From Octopus vulgaris (taxonomy: Eukaryota): 64,000 nt of DNA. The translations under genes were made by a program, and so were the position numbers. The notes below the pieces were generated by a model that searched no databases, was not told the origin of the DNA, and saw nothing but the letters and a program-made list of their open reading frames with translations. The DNA is taken from assembly GCA_951406725.2 (NCBI GenBank), contig OX597824.1, positions 18,166,001-18,230,000 on the forward strand, in the 5' to 3' direction. The stretch's first letter is position 1, and every line of letters begins with the position of its first letter. Positions 13,324 to 27,682 of this stretch are shown piece by piece.

Positions 13324-13392
13324 ACTATATCATATGTGTGTGTGTTGGTGTACGCATATGTATGTATGTAAGTATCAATCTATTTCTTTCTT

Positions 13393-13460
<68 letters not shown>

Positions 13461-14306
13461 TTCATACATATATATATAGTGGAGAATTCACAAAAGACAA
13501 AGACAGGTGGTGTAGACAACAAACAGATGTATTAGTTTAACGCTCGAGAAGCGAAAATTCTTTAATACATACATACATCATTCATATATATATATATATT
13601 TATATATATATATATACATACATATATGGATATTGGAGAAAAGTGGCAGGTTTGAACTCAGCGTGGGAAGACTGTTAACAAGAAGCCGTAACCTACTTTG
13701 CCGTTCTACTGATCTGTTAAATTATCCATGTCTTTTAGTTACACATAAAAGATATTTCTAATAATTTGCTCCACGTCACAATTTCGACGAGAGAGTAAGA
13801 TAGGTTAAACTGACCCAAGTAAATTTTTTATCGAAATAGAAACAGCAAAATTCACCTAGGTCTGTTCGAACTCAGAGCTAAAGAATCGTTACTAAATACC
13901 GCTTTAACAATTCCGTCAAACTATTACTGTGTTTTATTAACTATAATATTGATTTCTAATATAGAAAGAAGGCCCCATATTTTGAGATTTGATATATAGA
14001 AATTTTATCGACTGTGGTACTTCCCTAATACTCCGCCCCGGTTGCATGCTTTAACAATTCTTTAAATCTAACGGCCTATTACATGTTCCTGTAATAATGG
14101 TACGTCAAGTATGATTTTATTTCTAAATTGTCTGCGCAGCGATACTATACCTGTTGATTGTTGCTCTTGTTGCTGTTGAACTCCGTTCCAACTTATGGTA
14201 GATTTAATTTCCTTCCACACCATTCGAATGATTTTAGTTTTCGTTTTATGAAGGTTCAAGTTCTCCTTATGTACGATTTTTATTTTAAATTACTCCTTTT
14301 TTTTTT

Positions 14307-14583
14307 CGCCCTTTTCAAGCCTAGTCAGGCTCATGGGCCCGGTTTCCCGGTTTCTGTGGCGTATGTGTTCCCCCCAGCTGGACACGACGCCAGTCCATCG
14401 CCGAAACAGGAAGAGAGAGTGAGAGAAAGTTGTGGTGAAAAAGTACTACAGGGGTCGCCACCACTCCCTACCGGAGCCTCGTGGGGCTTTAGGTGTTTTC
14501 TCTCAATAAACACACACAACGCCCGGTCTTGGAATCGAAACCGCGAGCCCGCTGCCCTAACCACTGGGCCATTGCACCTCCAC
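14307..14583 (-). mobile_element. tRNA-SINE head H2 + tail Y
   Basis: 13-bp TSD ttttattttaaat (14278-14290 / 14584-14596); tail gatggactggcgtc...gaaaccgggaaaccgggcccatgagcc. Confidence 0.88.
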
Positions 14584-16907
14584 TTTTATTTTAAATAGTA
14601 ACATGTAATTTTAGTGTGGTTTCTTTGCTATTTCTAGAAGGCAGACGGCTGCTTAGACTACGCGTCTTTTCCAATATTTCACCAATTTAGGAAAGTCATA
14701 TCATATATCGAGTAAATAAATATTTAAAATCTTAGCGTGTACGTACAGTTCTTTTTTTTTATTATATATATATTTTTTTATTTTCTGAAAAAATGCTGAA
14801 ATTTAATTGCATCAGTCCGCTGAACGTCTAACTTTATGCCCGAAGTAAAATATAGATTTGATTCTTTAATTGGGAGATATTTCGCTATCATCGGATAATT
14901 CTGTAACCCCAGTAAACATAACCTAACAGAGCCTAAGACCCATGATTTCCGATCTGTATTCCGAGCAGATGCGTGTGTATTCGAGTCTCCTGTATTCTGT
15001 AAACCATAGCTGCATAAAGTTTTAACTTTTTAAAGGACAGCATCGTTATTATCTCCATAACACTCACTCCACTGCTTGTTAAATCAGAAATTGCATACTG
15101 CTGTCCACTTAATTTATAACACAAGATGCGATGCGATAGACAAGAACATTCCTAGAAAAAAAATCCACATTTGGTGTCCTTCTTAACTTCAATGTCTTCT
15201 CATTTTTACCGAACTATACAGACGTTGTACTAATTTCTTTTTTTCGGGATTAAAATTTCGGAATTTATTTATTATTTTTTTTAATCTCCTCGTCTTAGAA
15301 TATCTGCAAGTGACGTAGCCTGCCTATCGAAAAGCATGTATACATGCAGGCTGCATGATATGGAAGATTTGCTGTATAAATTGATTATGAATGATGTCTA
15401 AATGAGATATGTGTTTCACAAACCATACTCGACCGTTTCTGCTTTATATTTATGTTTTATCAGTCGTGAAGATCAATTAAGACGGAACAGTGACATACTC
15501 GGCAAGAAAGCACTTTACAGAAAGCTATTCACTATCATATTTCTGTTTTCTTGTTTATTTTGGCATGTTTTTTGTGGCTATTTCTTCTTATTATTGTCTT
15601 CTATCTATGTATGTAAGATGTTCTCCAAGAAGGAAATCTTGCAGAATTCGTATTAAAAAATATAGGGAGAAATAAATAAAAGATTTTAAAAATATATACA
15701 TATATATGCGTATTACTGTTAGTGAAAGGAATTATCTAAAAAAAAAAATAATAAAACGCTACAAAAATACAAGAAGAAAGCTGGAGTAGAAAACAAATAT
15801 AAAATATAACACACCATAACAGGAATGAGATATTTCTTGGCTTCATGACTGCAAAATAATGATCTTTATAGAAGCGCAGTCGGAGAAGAGACGCGGTTTT
15901 AATAGCCATGACACATTGGCCAGCTAAGATTTCTAATCTGATTTGCAACCAACTGGTTATCACTAGCTCTCATGGGAAGTGCAACTTCCGTATCTGTTTG
16001 GTGTTTGGACAATAGCTACGAATACAATGTCCTTTCCTCATTACAGACTTCACTGCCTGCTTACACAATTTCTTTTTACTTTCTATCTGATCCGGAATCC
16101 GTCATAATTAATTGCTATCCGTTCCCTGCTTAAAGGGATTCTCCCGACCAGATTTGTTTACTTATTTTTATACGTGTTGTTTTTTTCTATTTCATTCTAT
16201 TTTTCATTTAATTAGTTTGATTAATAGTTCTGACATCTGAATATTTTTGGGCGAGAAATTCCCTGCAGACTTAATTCAGATTAAACAGATATATACTGAT
16301 TAAAGTCAAACACTTCAATAGATTCCAGCCGCGAGAAAATGAATGAATATGTAAGCACATCTCTATAGATATATCTACATAGCTTATTAAGTATGATAAT
16401 TAAAAAAACGAAAAAGGGACTTATTATATACTGTAAATATATAAGGCTTTATTAAAAATCTAAGGGAGTTCTTTATTTGTATTGTGTTTCTTCTATACCC
16501 ATTTGTCACCACTGATTTTTCTATTCACTTCTCAAATCTTATTTGTCGATGCAGCAAATAAGCACAACTCCTTGCTCAATTTCAAATGTGATCAAAGAAA
16601 AAATGGAATCTGCAAGAATACAATGATTCGGGTGGGGGTACTTTTCTAACACTCTTTTGTATCATGTTCGCCATCTTTGTCCCTTATTGAACCTCACTCC
16701 ACCTCTAACATTGTCCTACGCTGTGAATTGTTTTCGTAATTATACCTTACACATAAACACTCACACACAGTCACACACGCACAGTTACACATACATACAG
16801 AGAGTTACACACACACACACAAACATATACACACATTTATATATGTATACATTATATACACACATATGCACAAATATTCATATATATATATGTATATACA
16901 TACGTAC

Positions 16908-16941
<34 letters not shown>

Positions 16942-17069
16942 GTATACATATCTAAATCTATATCTATCTATATATATATATATATACACCTTTAGGTATA
17001 TACATATAGCATGAGCGTATAGGATTCACAATCACTTATGAAACTCTACAGCTAATAAATTCGATATCC

Positions 17070-17087
<18 letters not shown>

Positions 17088-17110
<23 letters not shown>

Positions 17111-17113
17111 AGC

Positions 17114-17175
<62 letters not shown>

Positions 17176-17192
17176 CAGATATATATATATAC

Positions 17193-17261
<69 letters not shown>

Positions 17262-17262
17262 T
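17088..17262. repeat. (GA)n/(GATA)n microsatellite
   Basis: Directly visible. Confidence 0.95.
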
Positions 17263-17833
17263 GTTAGATAATGTATTTACAGCCTAACACTACATTCACA
17301 CAACAAACTCACACACACTCTTACACAATCGAATATATATGAGAGCGAAAATGGCGTGAGAGTGAAATGCAGAGATATACTTCAATGTGCCTGTTTCATG
17401 CGTGTGTGTGTGTGTGTTTATAACACTTTCATGTCCACTCGCGCTTTCAACTCCATTATTGAGTAATATTACAGCGAAGGAATAGGAACAAAAGATATAG
17501 CGAAAGCGATAATTAAGTGGGAATGTCTATAGACATCTCATACTTCCATTTCGTTCATTTCTATAGAATCTCACTCGGGTTCTTCAAATTTACCAAAATT
17601 TCAAGACATCATAATTTATCCGCCAATGGTATATGAATACAATGCAAATTTGGGAAAACAAGCAGCTCAACATGTCTTCCGTTCATTCTCAGCCTTTCTC
17701 TCATTCTTGCCGCCTCAACATCTCTCTTTTTATTCCTCTCCAACAAATCTGTATCTTCCTGTCTGTCTCGCTCTATCTCTTGCTTCCGTTCTCTGTCTTC
17801 CTTTTATTTCTCTCTGTCTGTCTCTTTCGCTTT

Positions 17834-17878
<45 letters not shown>

Positions 17879-18220
17879 CCTCTCACACACACATTCTGCT
17901 ATTTATTCTACCCTCTCTATATTCGAGATATTATATTTAAATTTGATTGAAAGTTAAGAGGATTAAAATATTTATTGTTGAATCCTTACATGGAAATTGT
18001 ATTAGTTGAGGCTAATTTTGACGACAGAAATTTGGCCTGTTCGTTCAGAGATGAAATATTTTACAAAAGTTCACTCCCATGCCATACACACATACACACA
18101 CACACACACTTCTTTTCATTGGGGAGTAATACGATGCATTAGAAAAAATTATTATTTTTGAATTTTAAATTATTAGCTAATCTCCGCAGACACACTCGTT
18201 TACATGGTGTACATATATCG

Positions 18221-18280
<60 letters not shown>

Positions 18281-19286
18281 GTGTGTGTGAGTGTTTGTGA
18301 GAGAGAGAGAAGAGAAAGATCGATGGAGAGAGAAATAAGTGGCTGATAAAAAATATGATCGCTTGTAATCTAGAATACAAATAATTATAAGTCGATTAAC
18401 AGACCGATATTACTTATTTTATCGACATCGGAAACAATAAAAAGTGAAGTCAACTGCATTGGAGTTTGAAGTCGGAGTTTAAATATCTGTATCGAAATAG
18501 GTCAATACATTTTATGTGCTGATATCATTAATACACCATCCACAATTATACAGATAATAGTTGTTCATATTCGAACTTGGTATCTTTACCCAGCTATTTT
18601 TCCTCTCTTGTTTTTTGTTCTTTTTGAATTTAAAATTCCTGCCGAGATTAACTTCAATTTTCATACATCTGGAGTCAAGATGTAATATAGTCTTCCCACT
18701 TTCTCTCTCTGTCTCTCTCTGTCTCTCTCTCTCTCTCTTCCTTTCTCTGCCTCTCTATATCTCCCTTACGTCCTCTTTTACTCTCTATGACTCTATCGCT
18801 TTCAGAATCGGTCGCGCTATAAGAAAGATATCGAGAGGGAATCTATGGTATTCCTGTATCCTTGTCCTCCGTTTCAAGCTCTACCACAGCGGAAGCGCAT
18901 AATTACCTTGGATTAGGCAAATTAAAGTCCGTCATGACTATAACCAATTAAACTGCCCATAATAATCTACTTTATTATTCTAACTCACAGAAGAAGAATA
19001 CAAAATTGAAATTACTGTAAGTATATAGTATAAACATTACCGATCTTAAATAGCTTAACAGCATTTGTTTGTGCAAAGGATCTTCATGCACCAAATTAAT
19101 ACGAAAACGTAGCGTGTTAAAACACAGTGGCAGCACTGATATGAGAAAGAGAAATGTACCAGGCGTCCTTTGGTGTAATGGTCGTCTGGAATAAAACAAA
19201 TGGTTAGTTGGATTCCTGTGACTCGCTGTGCACATATTCTTCTGTGGAAGATTCATTCTTATTAATTATGGGATTTAATTACAAGA

Positions 19287-19787
19287 CTAGTACTATGAAC
19301 CGGCGTTGCCGGGTCTAGTGTTAGTACTTGTTGTTCGTTGCCGGGTCACAGTAAAGATTTCTCACTAAATCAAGAGCTAAGTTTCTTATCACATTTCAGC
19401 CCGGGCCAGTTTTGCTGTTTATGAGCTAGTTGGAGCTTTTTATGAGAGTAATTAATATTCATAGGACTTCGGTTTTCACACCTGGAACGGCATAATCATG
19501 GGAAATTAGCAGGACTGTGCACATGCCATTAGTCAGACAAAGAAGGAGGCAGAAGAAAGCGAAAAACTCGAATTTGACCGCAAAATAACTTATGGGCATA
19601 AGGGGCCGGTTTATCGATATTTTTTAATGGCTTTCTGGGGTGACTGGGGAAATGAAAAGATCTTCATGACCACCCTCAAACAGTTTTAAAAGCCCATAGA
19701 AAATGCGAGCCTTTTACGTGAAAAACTGTGGATTTGTATAACGGATACACAGATACACAGACATTTTGCCGTTTATAGATATAGAGA
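19287..19787 (-). mobile_element. Non-autonomous Helitron
   Basis: Minus strand starts TCTCTATATCTATAAACGGCA and ends with hairpin CCGGCAACGCCGG then CTAG; inserted between A and T with no TSD; termini shared with 46465-46837. Confidence 0.8.
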
Positions 19788-20198
19788 TTACGTTATAAAT
19801 TACGTATATTTGTGAATATAAGCACGGTAACAAAGATATTACATGTTCCATTCATACCAATGCAAGTATCGTTATATTTCCCCCGCCAAGTGTTTTTTAA
19901 TGTAAATTTTAACGTTTGCCATAAATGAAAATGAGGAGACACAAGGCAGGAACAGAAAAATTTCTTTTTCGCATGTAAATTACATATCCGAGCGTGGTCA
20001 GTTATCATACATTTGTGAGAGTATACATTGAGAGTATACATGGACAACGAAACGGCAATTTATTATTAGACCGCTTATATTGTCTTACAAAAAACCTTTT
20101 GATGCTTTATAAAACATTGTATCATTTTTCTTGGACATGGATTGAAACAAATGGATATTTTGTGTAGATTTGGTTTTCATAACCGTTCTCGCTTAACG

Positions 20199-20266
<68 letters not shown>

Positions 20267-20267
20267 T

Positions 20268-20666
20268 ACTCTCTTTTACTCTTTTACTTGTTTCAGTCAT
20301 TTGACTGCGGCCATGCTGGAGCACCGCCTTTAGTCGAGCAAATCGACCCCGGGACTTATTCTTTTTGTAAGCCCAGTACTTATTCTATCGGTCTCTTTTG
20401 CCGAACCGCTAAGTAACGGGGACGTAAGCACACCAGCATCGGTTGTCAAGCAATGCTAGGGGGACAAACACACACACACAAATACACATATATATATATA
20501 TATATACATATATACGACAGGCTTCTTTCAGTTTCCGTCTACCAAATCCACTCACAAGGCATTGGTCGGCCCGGGGCTATAGCATAAGACACTTGCCCAA
20601 GATGCCACGCAGTGAGACTGAACCCAGAACCATGTGGTTGGTTAGCAAGCTACTTACCACACAGCC
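20268..20666 (-). mobile_element. SINE family C
   Basis: Close match to 4207-4604 and 38718-39129. Confidence 0.9.
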
Positions 20667-20864
20667 ATATATATATATATATATATACAAACAGTATGCT
20701 GATTCTACTTTATCTTCATGTATTACAGATAATGCTTTCTTTTCAGAAACCCTGAATCACGACGCACAAACTAGCCACAAAATTAACATAAGTATTTTAT
20801 ACCATGCATTGAAGGCTTTATATATTTATATTTACCTACACACACAAGCGCGCGCACACACACG

Positions 20865-21180
20865 TATCTATCTATCAGTCCATCTGTCCGTCTCTATCTA
20901 TCTATCTATTTATCTATCTATCTATATATATATATATATATATATATATCTGTGTTTCTATCTATCTATCTATGTCTATCTATCTATCTATCTATCTATT
21001 TATATATGTATCTACCTACGTATCAATATACCTATCTACCTATCTATCCACCTCTCTATCTACTTATCTATCTACCCATCTATCTATCAGTCTGTCTATC
21101 TGTCTGTCCGTCTTTATCTATCTGTCTTTCTATCTCTCTGTCTATCTATCTACCTATCTATCTATCTATCTATCTACCTT
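20865..21180. repeat. Degenerate (TCTA)n/(TCTG)n microsatellite
   Basis: Directly visible. Confidence 0.9.
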
Positions 21181-21234
21181 TCAATATGTGTGTGTGCGTG
21201 TTCATGTATGTGTATATACATGCATAGACATATA

Positions 21235-21420
21235 TGGAAGTGCAATGGTCCAGTGGTTAGGGCAGCGGACTCACGGTCGTAGGATTGCGGTTGAATCTCC
21301 TTGAGTACTATATTAAGGGTACAAGAGTATGCTCAGCCACTTGCACGTTAGTTTCACGAGCAGGCTGTTCCGTTGATCGGATTAACTCGAACCCTCGTTG
21401 TCCCAACCGACGGAGTGCCA
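21235..21420 (+). mobile_element. Internally deleted SINE H2 + tail X
   Basis: H2 start joined directly to ...ttaagggtac...gttccgttgatcgg...cgacggagtgcc. Confidence 0.75.
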
Positions 21421-21461
<41 letters not shown>

Positions 21462-22436
21462 TCATAAATGAGGGTGAAAAATTAGATATTAATTTAATAA
21501 TACCATCAGTTTAACACCAAGTGGCCTAATCTTTTCGTTGTATTTCGCTTTCCATACGTTGAAAGTAATGCTATTTCTTTTGTGGAAACAACTTCGGTGG
21601 CTATACCAGAATAAGGAGCGATTTCTAGCACTAGAGTTAACCACTCAACGGTAACTCACTTATATTTACGTATATATATATATACATATATATGCTTGCA
21701 CGGGGAACGAGAACTGAACAGAAGCTACTGCTGTTGCGGAAGGAATTCATGAGGAGGGCAGCAGATTTTTTTTTCTTTCCAGCTAACATAAGATTTGTTA
21801 GTGACATAGATATGGCCTGATCGAATCTCGGCACAAAATATTCGTACCAGAAAGTTCAAAGTGTTCTTTTAACAGGATTTGCTCCTGTGTTTTCTATATT
21901 TTCACAACTTCTGTGTATGTATCTCTTTCCACGGGATGGGCGAGCATTTTCGTGCGAACCTGTGCGCATGCGAAAGTGTGCACGTCTTAGAGCTATGGGT
22001 GTTATATTAAGCATATGACTGTGTGTGTCCGCCATATATGTGTTTCTGTTTGGGCTGAGAAAGAGACGAAGAGAAAGGGAGAGAAGAGAGAAAGTGTGTG
22101 AGATAGAAAGAGAGAGAATGAGAGAGTGATATATAGTGTGTATCTGTATGCATCTATTTATTATTCGTTATTTTGTATATTTATACTAAATTAATTTTTT
22201 TCAAAAATTTAGCTACAAGATGTTGGTTATATTTTAACTGTAGGCAAAATTAAGCTTAGGATACTTTTTAATGAGAGCTAAAATTAATACCACACAGCTG
22301 GGTATTGCAGTAATTGTAGGAAGATTTTAGTTTAAAAATGAAAGCTATGATACAAAACAACACACATAACCATCTCCAATTGGTCTCCAACCCTTTGGCA
22401 CCAAAGCAGAAAAGGAAAGGGGAAAACATAGAGGCC

Positions 22437-22558
<122 letters not shown>

Positions 22559-22615
22559 GTGTATGTATATATATATGTGTATATATATATATATGTATAT
22601 ATATATGTGTATATG

Positions 22616-22652
<37 letters not shown>

Positions 22653-23166
22653 GTGTATATATATGTATATATATATATATATATGTGTGTGTATGTATAT
22701 ATAGCTTATTACGTACGCACATTATACATATATTCACACACACACACACACACACACAGGTATATATATACATATACAAATATGCATAATTATTTTTATT
22801 TTATTTCACGTTCGTTTATAACCTAATAATTAGAAACACATTCGAAAATGAAACGCATAAATGATGGGAGCAGAGGTATGAAACTAGTGGCGTGTAACTT
22901 GGAGAGCTAATACTTACCTACTTTACCAACGTGAGATTTTTCTTTGCCATCGTAATTTATATTTCTGATGTCAATGAAATACCTTCTAACGTTCAACACT
23001 CATTTATTCCCGCTATTAAAAAGCATTCTCAGCCAGCTGTCACTAATTTCTTCTGGTTCACAGCTTTAATTAAACAACTTTTATGAGGTTTCATCTCTGC
23101 TTGTATATTGACATATGTGTCTGTGTTATATATATATATACATGCGCGCGTGTGTGTGTGTGTATA

Positions 23167-23209
<43 letters not shown>

Positions 23210-23211
23210 GC

Positions 23212-23245
<34 letters not shown>

Positions 23246-23248
23246 AAA

Positions 23249-23622
23249 TGGAGGCATAATGGCCCAGTGGTTAGGGCGGTGAGGACTCGCGGTTGTAGGA
23301 TCGCGGTTTCGATTCCCACACCGGGCGTTGTGAGTGTTTATTGAGCAAAGACACCTAAAGCTCCACGAAGCTCTGGCAGGGTTTGTTGGCGAGCCCTACT
23401 GTACTCTTTCTCTCACTCTTTTTTTCTTCCTGTTCCTGTTGTACCCGTGTTTCAAAAGGCCAACCTTGTCACACACTGTGTGACGCTGAATCTCTCCGAG
23501 AACTACGTTAAGCTTACACGTGTCTGTAGGATGCTCAGCCACTTTCACGTCAACTTCAAGAGCATGCTCTTCCGTTGATCGGATCAACTGGAACCCTCGT
23601 TACGACGGTAATCGACGGAGTT
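23249..23622 (+). mobile_element. tRNA-SINE head H2 + tail X
   Basis: tggaggcataatggcccagtggttaggg head; tail X. Confidence 0.85.
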
Positions 23623-24629
23623 CCACGATATATATAAATATCCACAAACACACATACACACTCACCCACACGCACACACTCACCTATATTCATGCGCACT
23701 AATAAGTACGTACATATACATAAATTCATATAAACACACACATATATTTATATACTTATGTCTCTCTTTTTTTACTTTTACTTATTTTACTCACTGGACA
23801 GCGGTCACTACGGCGAGGGTTCCTGTGGTCGATTTGCTCGACTAAAGGCGGTGCACCAGCATGGCAACAGTCAAATGACTGAAACAAGTAAAAGAGTAAA
23901 AGAGTATATAGATTTAATATACTCACATGTTTATAACCAGAAAGATATGAACTTACGTAAAAAAACTTACTTAGAAACAAAGCTCCAACTTTGATATTTG
24001 TCTGCTTTGAATGTCTCGGATGTTAATCTTGAAGGTGTTTGAAAAATGCCCGGTGCAGAACATATGTTTTACGAAGAATTATGGCTCTGTATGGAAAAGT
24101 GTGTTGCGTGGAGGAAGTGCTGTGTGAGGGATACATCATCAGATGGACGTAAGTGTATAACAAAACAGCCTAAACCCATGTAAAAGACTGCAAATCTTCA
24201 CTTGATATCGATTGTTTATAATGATTAAGTATGATACAGTAAGCATTGGATTTAATCCAATATAAATGTGGATTAAGTGAGCTAAATTCGCGATAGTATT
24301 AGTTAGTGACGGAATTGCCAATCTCATTTTACGATAGCATTAAGAAATCTACACATAATGGTAGGATAGTAATGATTCGTTAGCAGGGTTGAGTAATACT
24401 GATAAAACACCTATTAATTTCCTTAATGTCACTTTATTGTAAGTTACTCTATAACTCTAAAAGCCTACAGAAACGAGTAGAAGCTAAACCTTAATATATG
24501 TATGCGATGTAAATACGCTCGTGTTTGTCAATCCAAAACAAAACCTTTTTTTGATAGTGAATCTGATTGGATAAGAGCGTCTTACAAAACAAGCTCTTGA
24601 GACTTAAGTATAGGATCATAAAAAAAACG

Positions 24630-24893
24630 TCGCCCTTTTCAAGCCTAGTCATGCTTATGTGTTCCCCCCAGCTGGATGGGACGCCAGTCCATCGCAGCGT
24701 TACTCAAGAATCAGTAAGAGAGAGGGAGAGAAAATTGTGGCGAACAGGGGGTCGCCACTACCCCCTGTTGGAGCCTCGTGGAGCTTTTAGGTGTTTTCGC
24801 TCAATAAACACACACGACGCTCGGTCTGGGAATCGAAACCGAGATCCTCCGACCGCGAGTCGGCTACCCTAACCACTGGGCCATTGCGCCTCC
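24630..24893 (-). mobile_element. tRNA-SINE head H2 + tail Y
   Basis: 11-bp TSD ataggatcata (24610-24620 / 24894-24904). Confidence 0.88.
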
Positions 24894-25256
24894 ATAGGAT
24901 CATAGAGCAGTGTGAATATTTGACGGTGTAGGATTATACATCTTCGATTGACTAACTTTCTATAACAAATTTCGGGCTTTATAGAGAGGAAGGGTTAGTT
25001 ATAACAAAGTTCAGTTATAGTCACATTTCAGAGAAAATGAAAAAAAAACCAACAGCTCCACATTTAGAACTTTAAAGTTGTGATGCTTGATTTTTTGTAC
25101 ACTTATGTATTTCATATAAATCTCCCATGATACAATTTAAACAAGTATTCATACAACCAGTCACAGTTTTTAAGCTTTTTGTCGTCAACATCATCAAAAG
25201 GATTATCAGTCTAACTACAATTCAGAAAATATTCGATCGAAGCAGAACTCTTTACT

Positions 25257-25293
<37 letters not shown>

Positions 25294-25297
<4 letters not shown>

Positions 25298-25514
25298 TTT
25301 ACTTGTTTCAGTCATTTGACTGCGGCCATGCTGGAGCACCGCCTTTAGTCGAGCAAATCGACCCCAGGACTTATTCTTTGTAAGCTTAGTACTTATTTTT
25401 TCGGTCTCCTTTGCTGAACCGCTAAGTTATGGGGACGTAAACACACCAGCATCGGTTGTCAAGCGATGTTGGGGATACAAACACAGACACACACACATAC
25501 ACACACATACATTC

Positions 25515-25546
<32 letters not shown>

Positions 25547-25666
25547 GCTTCTTTTAGTTTCCGTCTACCAAATCCACTCATGAGGTTTTGATCGGCCCGA
25601 GGCTATAGTAGAAGACACTTGCCCAAGGTGCTACGCAGTGAGACTGAACCCGGAACCATGTGGTTA
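25294..25666 (-). mobile_element. SINE family C, 5' truncated
   Basis: Tail and internal microsatellite match family C. Confidence 0.85.
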
Positions 25667-26059
25667 AAATTCGGTTAAAATATTATATACTCATACGCCT
25701 TACACCATCCTCATCTAATCTAAAAAGAATCGTCCAAACATTGTGTCCTGGTTTCAACTTCAATTCAGTTGCTGCTACCACTAACAACTACGAATTTATC
25801 TTATAGGCAAGTACATGCCAGCTAACCGAGTGTGTATAGAAATCTCTTTTTAATAGTCTGAAGTGAAGGTTTCACACGTATTCATAATTTTATTCAGAAA
25901 AATGCACGTCCGTAGAAACGAATATCACGAGTGATTACTACAGATACGGGAGATGGCTAAGTTCACCCGCGAGATAAAAGTTGCATTCCAGAAGTTTCGA
26001 GGCATTTTAGTAGAAACAGTTAAAACTGTCCTAAATTGTAGTAATTTTAGTATATCTAA

Positions 26060-26551
26060 TAAAAATAAATGCGCCCCTTTTAAAGCCTAGCCAGGCTCAT
26101 GGGCCCGTTTTCCCGGTTACAATGGATGGGACGCCAGTCTATCGCAGCGTTACTCATTTTTGCCAGCTGAGTGGACTGGAGCAATGTGAAATGAAGTGTT
26201 TTGCTCAAGAACACAATGCGTTGCCCGATCCAGGAATCGAAACCACAATCTTATGATCATAGTACTGACACCCTAACCACTAAGCCACGCGCTTCCGCCT
26301 AAATGTGCCCTTTTAAAGCCTAACCGGGCTCATGGGCCCGGTTTCCCGGTTTCTATGGCGTATGTGTTCCCCAGTTGGACGGGACGCCAGTCTATCGCAG
26401 CGTTACTCATTTTTGCCAGCTGAGTGGACTGGAGCAACATGAAATGAAGTTTTATGCTGAAGAACACATCGTGTCGCCCGATCCAGGAATCGAAACCACA
26501 ATCTTACGATCATAGTGCTGACACCCTAACCACTAAGCCACGCGCCTCCAC
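26060..26551 (-). mobile_element. Head-to-tail dimer of SINE H1 + tail Y
   Basis: Two ~240-bp copies inside a single 9-bp TSD agtatatct (26049-26057 / 26552-26560). Confidence 0.85.
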
Positions 26552-26699
26552 AGTATATCTTTACTATACATCTAAGAAGCTGATCCGCCAGCTTTTGTTG
26601 GTCCACATTGAAGTGGACGGCTGTAACAACACTTTGTAATACAGCCTTCTAAACACTGCTGGTCACAGCAGACCAATTTGCAGAATGCAGATACGACAT

Positions 26700-27360
26700 G
26701 AAGACAAAGTGGAAGATCGCTAAGCAATAACGCTATGTGTTAATCTGGGCAACAGATTAACGCCAGAGAAATTTATGAAATGCTCCATAAAGCTTGTGGA
26801 TTAACTTGTATGAGCCGAGTATATTTTTCGCTGGTCTTGCACAAAAGATCAGGCAAATCGAGTTCACCGGGAAGCTCATGATGATCCTCTTTTTCGACAG
26901 CAAAAGCTTCATTAACAAACACTAGGTTTTCTCTAACCATACATATGGAACGGTCAATAAAGCGTATTTGCTGGTTTTGACGGAGTTCAGGAAGACATTT
27001 CTTTGCAAAAGACTAGGGTCTCTGCAGCAGGACAATACAACAGTCCACGATTCTATTCAAGGAATTAACTACTTGACAGAGGTGGGCTTCAAAATTAATT
27101 ACTCCTGACCTTCACTGTAACCTAGAAGTTGGTCTCTGTGACTTTTGGTTGTTCCCCAATGCCATTCTGAAAGAGCCTGCGAAATAGGGATTCTGGACAT
27201 CTCCATTTTGGAAAACTTTAATGGGACCTCCAGAAAGCGACCGGATCCAAAAAAAAAGGGCACTGAAGCCGGAGGAACTTATTTGAACAAAATTAGAGTT
27301 TTGTACTTCTTTGAAATTAAAAACGTCTCTCCTGCAAACGATCCAAAACATTTGGAACGC
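26700..27360 (+). pseudogene. Decayed, internally deleted mariner transposase
   Basis: Fragments ITLCVNLG..EIYEMLHKACGLTCMSR (HTH region), LQQDNTTVH (HDNA motif) and DFWLFP (end of the YSPDLAPxDFxLFP motif), with stops and frameshifts. Confidence 0.7.
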
Positions 27361-27401
27361 ATCTTTTAAACTGAATTTTCAGAAAATATGAACTGAAGTT
27401 A

Positions 27402-27682
27402 GTGGAGGCGCAATGGCCCAGTGGTTAGAGCAGCGGTTGGAGGATCGCGGTTTCGATCCCCAGACCGGGCGTTTTGTGTGTTTAGTGAGCGAAAACACCT
27501 AAAGCTCCACGAGGCTCCGGCGGGGGGGGGGGGGGGGGGCGACCCTGTTGTACTCCTTCGCTCCAACTATCTCTCACTCTTTCTTCCTATTTCTTGGGTA
27601 ACGCTGCGATGGACTTGCGTCCCGTCCAGCTGGGGGGAACTCATACGCCATAGAAACCGGGAAACTGGGCTTGAAAAGGGCA
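27402..27682 (+). mobile_element. tRNA-SINE head H2 + tail Y
   Basis: gtggaggcgcaatggcccagtgg head; gtaacgctgcgatggacttgcgtcccgtccagc tail. Confidence 0.85.

Noticed and set aside
13478-13565. Segment resembling the 3' flank of family E-type elements
   Set aside because: Ends before any ribozyme core; similarity too weak to call.
20443-21282. 279-aa ORF
   Set aside because: Chance read-through of an antisense SINE C, spacer and (TCTA)n; no protein motif.
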